IMG/VR virus record: IMGVR_UViG_3300050015_000276
Span: 96,001 to 160,000 of that record
Source of the DNA: a virus
Length of the DNA: 64,000 nucleotides
Strand: one strand, 5' to 3'
How positions within the stretch are numbered: the stretch's first letter is position 1; every line of letters starts with the position of its first letter. The notes beneath the pieces are model-generated. The model was given only the letters and a program-made list of their open reading frames with translations. It was not told the DNA's origin and searched no databases. Positions 62,172 to 64,000 of this stretch are shown piece after piece. Position numbers and translations under genes: made by a program.

Positions 62172-63308
62172 ATGAAGAATTGTCACCTTTCTCACGTAGA
62201 AGACCTAATGGTTATTGAAGCTGATGCTAATGCTCCTTTGAAATATTTGGAGGAGATGTTTCAGACTCTTATGTTTAATAAGTCTGGGAATTCTCAATTA
62301 TCAGTTAAATGGGATGGTTCTCCTGCATTCGTTTGCGGGGAACACCCAGAAGATGGTGAATTCTTTGTTGGAACTAAAAGTGCCTTTACTGGTAAAGCTT
62401 GTAGAACAAAAGAAGAGATCGATAAGTTTTATGGCGACCAACCTGAATTGGTTGCTAAATTAAAAAGTTTATTCCAACATCTTCGTCCGTATAATTGGAA
62501 AGGTGTTACTCAAGGTGATCTTTTATGGACCGAAGATTCTAAAGTTTTTGATTATAATGGATTTTGGTTTCAACCAAATTGTTTGAAATATCATTTTCCA
62601 TTTCGTGCAGGACTAGAAGTTGGTGTGGTTTTACATACCACATATACTGGGAAAACTTTTAAAGATATGGAAGCACAATTTTGTGCAAGCATTCCGTCTT
62701 CTTATTGGATGGGATCTGCTGATACTTTTATTTTTGAACCCAATTTGGTTGTCCTTGAACCTTTGGATGAAAAGGATATTCTGGATACATTAATAAGATC
62801 ACTTACTGAATTGGAAAAAAGGGCAGTAATAATTAATAGAACTCCAGAAATTTTGAAAGTACTTAGAGAACCTAAGGCTCTTACTCTCTTTCTTCGTTTT
62901 GTTAATTTTCAGATTAAAAATCCACAACAATTTAATTTTGGTGCTAATGAATTTATAGAATTTATTGAGGAAGAATATACCAAACATATTAATAGTTTAA
63001 AAACGGCAAAAGGTAAAAAAAGATTGAAAACTGAAAGGTCTGACTTTTTGTATTCAATTGGAGATGATAATTTATGGCAACTTTTTTCTTTTTATCGATA
63101 TGTTGTATATGTCAAGGAAACGATGGTTGGTTGGCTTGACAGAAAATTTTCTGAGAATATTGATTATGGATGGAAAATTACACTACCAGATAATACACCT
63201 TGTGGACATGAAGGTTATGTTTTATCGATAGATAATAAGCCAGTAAAGTTTGTGAATCGTTCTACATTTTCAAAAGCAAATTTTGATTTGCAAAGGAGTT
63301 GGAAATGA
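62172..63308 (+). CDS. Conserved T4-like phage protein with ligase/nucleotidyltransferase-like motifs (DUF6267-like)
   Basis: HL.H.EDL, SVKWDG.PA..CG, QGD, HEGYV, KFV.R..FS.ANF. Confidence 0.65.
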   Translation: MKNCHLSHVEDLMVIEADANAPLKYLEEMFQTLMFNKSGNSQLSVKWDGSPAFVCGEHPEDGEFFVGTKSAFTGKACRTKEEIDKFYGDQPELVAKLKSLFQHLRPYNWKGVTQGDLLWTEDSKVFDYNGFWFQPNCLKYHFPFRAGLEVGVVLHTTYTGKTFKDMEAQFCASIPSSYWMGSADTFIFEPNLVVLEPLDEKDILDTLIRSLTELEKRAVIINRTPEILKVLREPKALTLFLRFVNFQIKNPQQFNFGANEFIEFIEEEYTKHINSLKTAKGKKRLKTERSDFLYSIGDDNLWQLFSFYRYVVYVKETMVGWLDRKFSENIDYGWKITLPDNTPCGHEGYVLSIDNKPVKFVNRSTFSKANFDLQRSWK

Positions 63309-63892
63309 TAGTAGAAACTGCTGTTATGATTTTCGGTAGATTTCAACCTCCAACAAAAGCGCATATTGAATTGTTTGATAGATTTTTGGAAGTGGCATAT
63401 CAATCTAAGGAACCAGTACATGGACAAATTTTCATATCTCCGGCATTTGATAATAAACGTAATCCACTTTCTCTTTCTGCACGTTATGATTTTCTCAGTA
63501 AATTATATCCTCATATTAATTTTTTGGCTGATCCTGAAATTAAAAATCCTTTTCAGGCGGTTCATTATTTGGGTGGATTAGGAATACATAAAGTTATTTT
63601 GATTGCTGGCACAGATCAGGCGCCAAGACTTCGCCAACAACTGACTAAATATATACATAATCCTAATCCAGAACTTACTTTTTTGAATATTGAAGAAATA
63701 AAAGTCATTGAATTTGGCAGACGTGATCCAGATTCAAAGGATTTTATTGAATCTTGTAGTGCCACAAAAGCAAGACAGGCTGTAAAAGATGGCCAATTTA
63801 GTCTGTTTTGTGAAATTATACCAGAGTGCAGTCTATTTGACCAAACCTGGCTTTATGATGAAATTAGCAAAGGATTAGGAATCTCTAAATAG
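63305..63892 (+). CDS. Cytidyltransferase-like (HxGH nucleotidyltransferase)
   Basis: FGRFQPPTKAH, SATKAR. Confidence 0.75.
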   Translation: MIVETAVMIFGRFQPPTKAHIELFDRFLEVAYQSKEPVHGQIFISPAFDNKRNPLSLSARYDFLSKLYPHINFLADPEIKNPFQAVHYLGGLGIHKVILIAGTDQAPRLRQQLTKYIHNPNPELTFLNIEEIKVIEFGRRDPDSKDFIESCSATKARQAVKDGQFSLFCEIIPECSLFDQTWLYDEISKGLGISK

Positions 63893-63909
63893 TAGTTAAG
63901 GAGAGATTC

Positions 63910-64000
63910 ATGCCAGGATTAGTACGCGATTTAAACTTTGGTGATCGGACCCAAAATGAAGAAATAGTACAAGAAAATATTCATTCTTATCTTCCATTTA
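63910..64000 (+). CDS. Partial ORF, 3'-truncated by the window end
   Basis: ATG after GGAG; open to the end of the window. Confidence 0.45.
   Translation, partial: MPGLVRDLNFGDRTQNEEIVQENIHSYLPF

Noticed and set aside
4382-63581. Antisense ORFs over phage genes (e.g. 12354-12791, 24669-25016, 29966-30511, 32098-32751, 46540-47064)
   Set aside because: They shadow well-supported plus-strand genes or tRNAs and have no RBS or motifs.
3600-64000. Stop-codon reassignment (alternative genetic code)
   Set aside because: Core genes are full length under code 11 and end in TAA, TAG and TGA. The only suppressor-like reading (TCA at 29603 tRNA) requires a broken anticodon stem.
1-64000. CRISPR array
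   Set aside because: No regularly spaced direct repeats were seen.
3600-64000. Integrase/att-defined prophage or group I/II introns in pol, ligase or uvsX
   Set aside because: No recombinase gene was seen, and those genes are uninterrupted.

Overview
Two very different segments. Bases 1 to ~3600 are GC-rich (sampled lines ~60-75% GC) and encode two signal-peptide-bearing, Gly/Ser/Thr-rich proteins, one of them GHL15 glycoside-hydrolase-like. From ~3605 to the end the window is AT-rich and is the replication/early region of a large T4-like myovirus: gp3, uvsY, uvsW, gp55, gp47, gp46, gp45, gp44, gp62, regA, DNA ligase, dUTPase, gp43, uvsX, gp40-like and gp41. It has many sigma70-type early promoters, (T/C)ATAAATA late-promoter motifs, NAD salvage genes, RNA-repair genes, several homing endonucleases and a dispersed tRNA array. 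Highlights: (1) gp46 (Rad50/SbcC) is fractured at its Walker A motif by an atypically split intein (32-aa IntN, 121-aa IntC), with a free-standing Vsr/EDxHD-like endonuclease gene between the halves. (2) A tightly coupled operon encodes a PLP enzyme, GNAT, acyl carrier protein, SDR reductase, adenylate-forming ligase and DNA methyltransferase, a candidate carrier-protein-dependent DNA or glycan modification system. (3) There are several non-canonical tRNA-like RNAs (rewired D-arm, anticodon-less, long-V-arm UAU, A34 Leu) and candidate structured ncRNAs. (4) A perfect 46-bp palindrome lies next to the GC/AT junction. Several genes are exactly one base short of an intact frame, so indel sequencing errors are likely. 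All family assignments come from motif recognition, not database searches.
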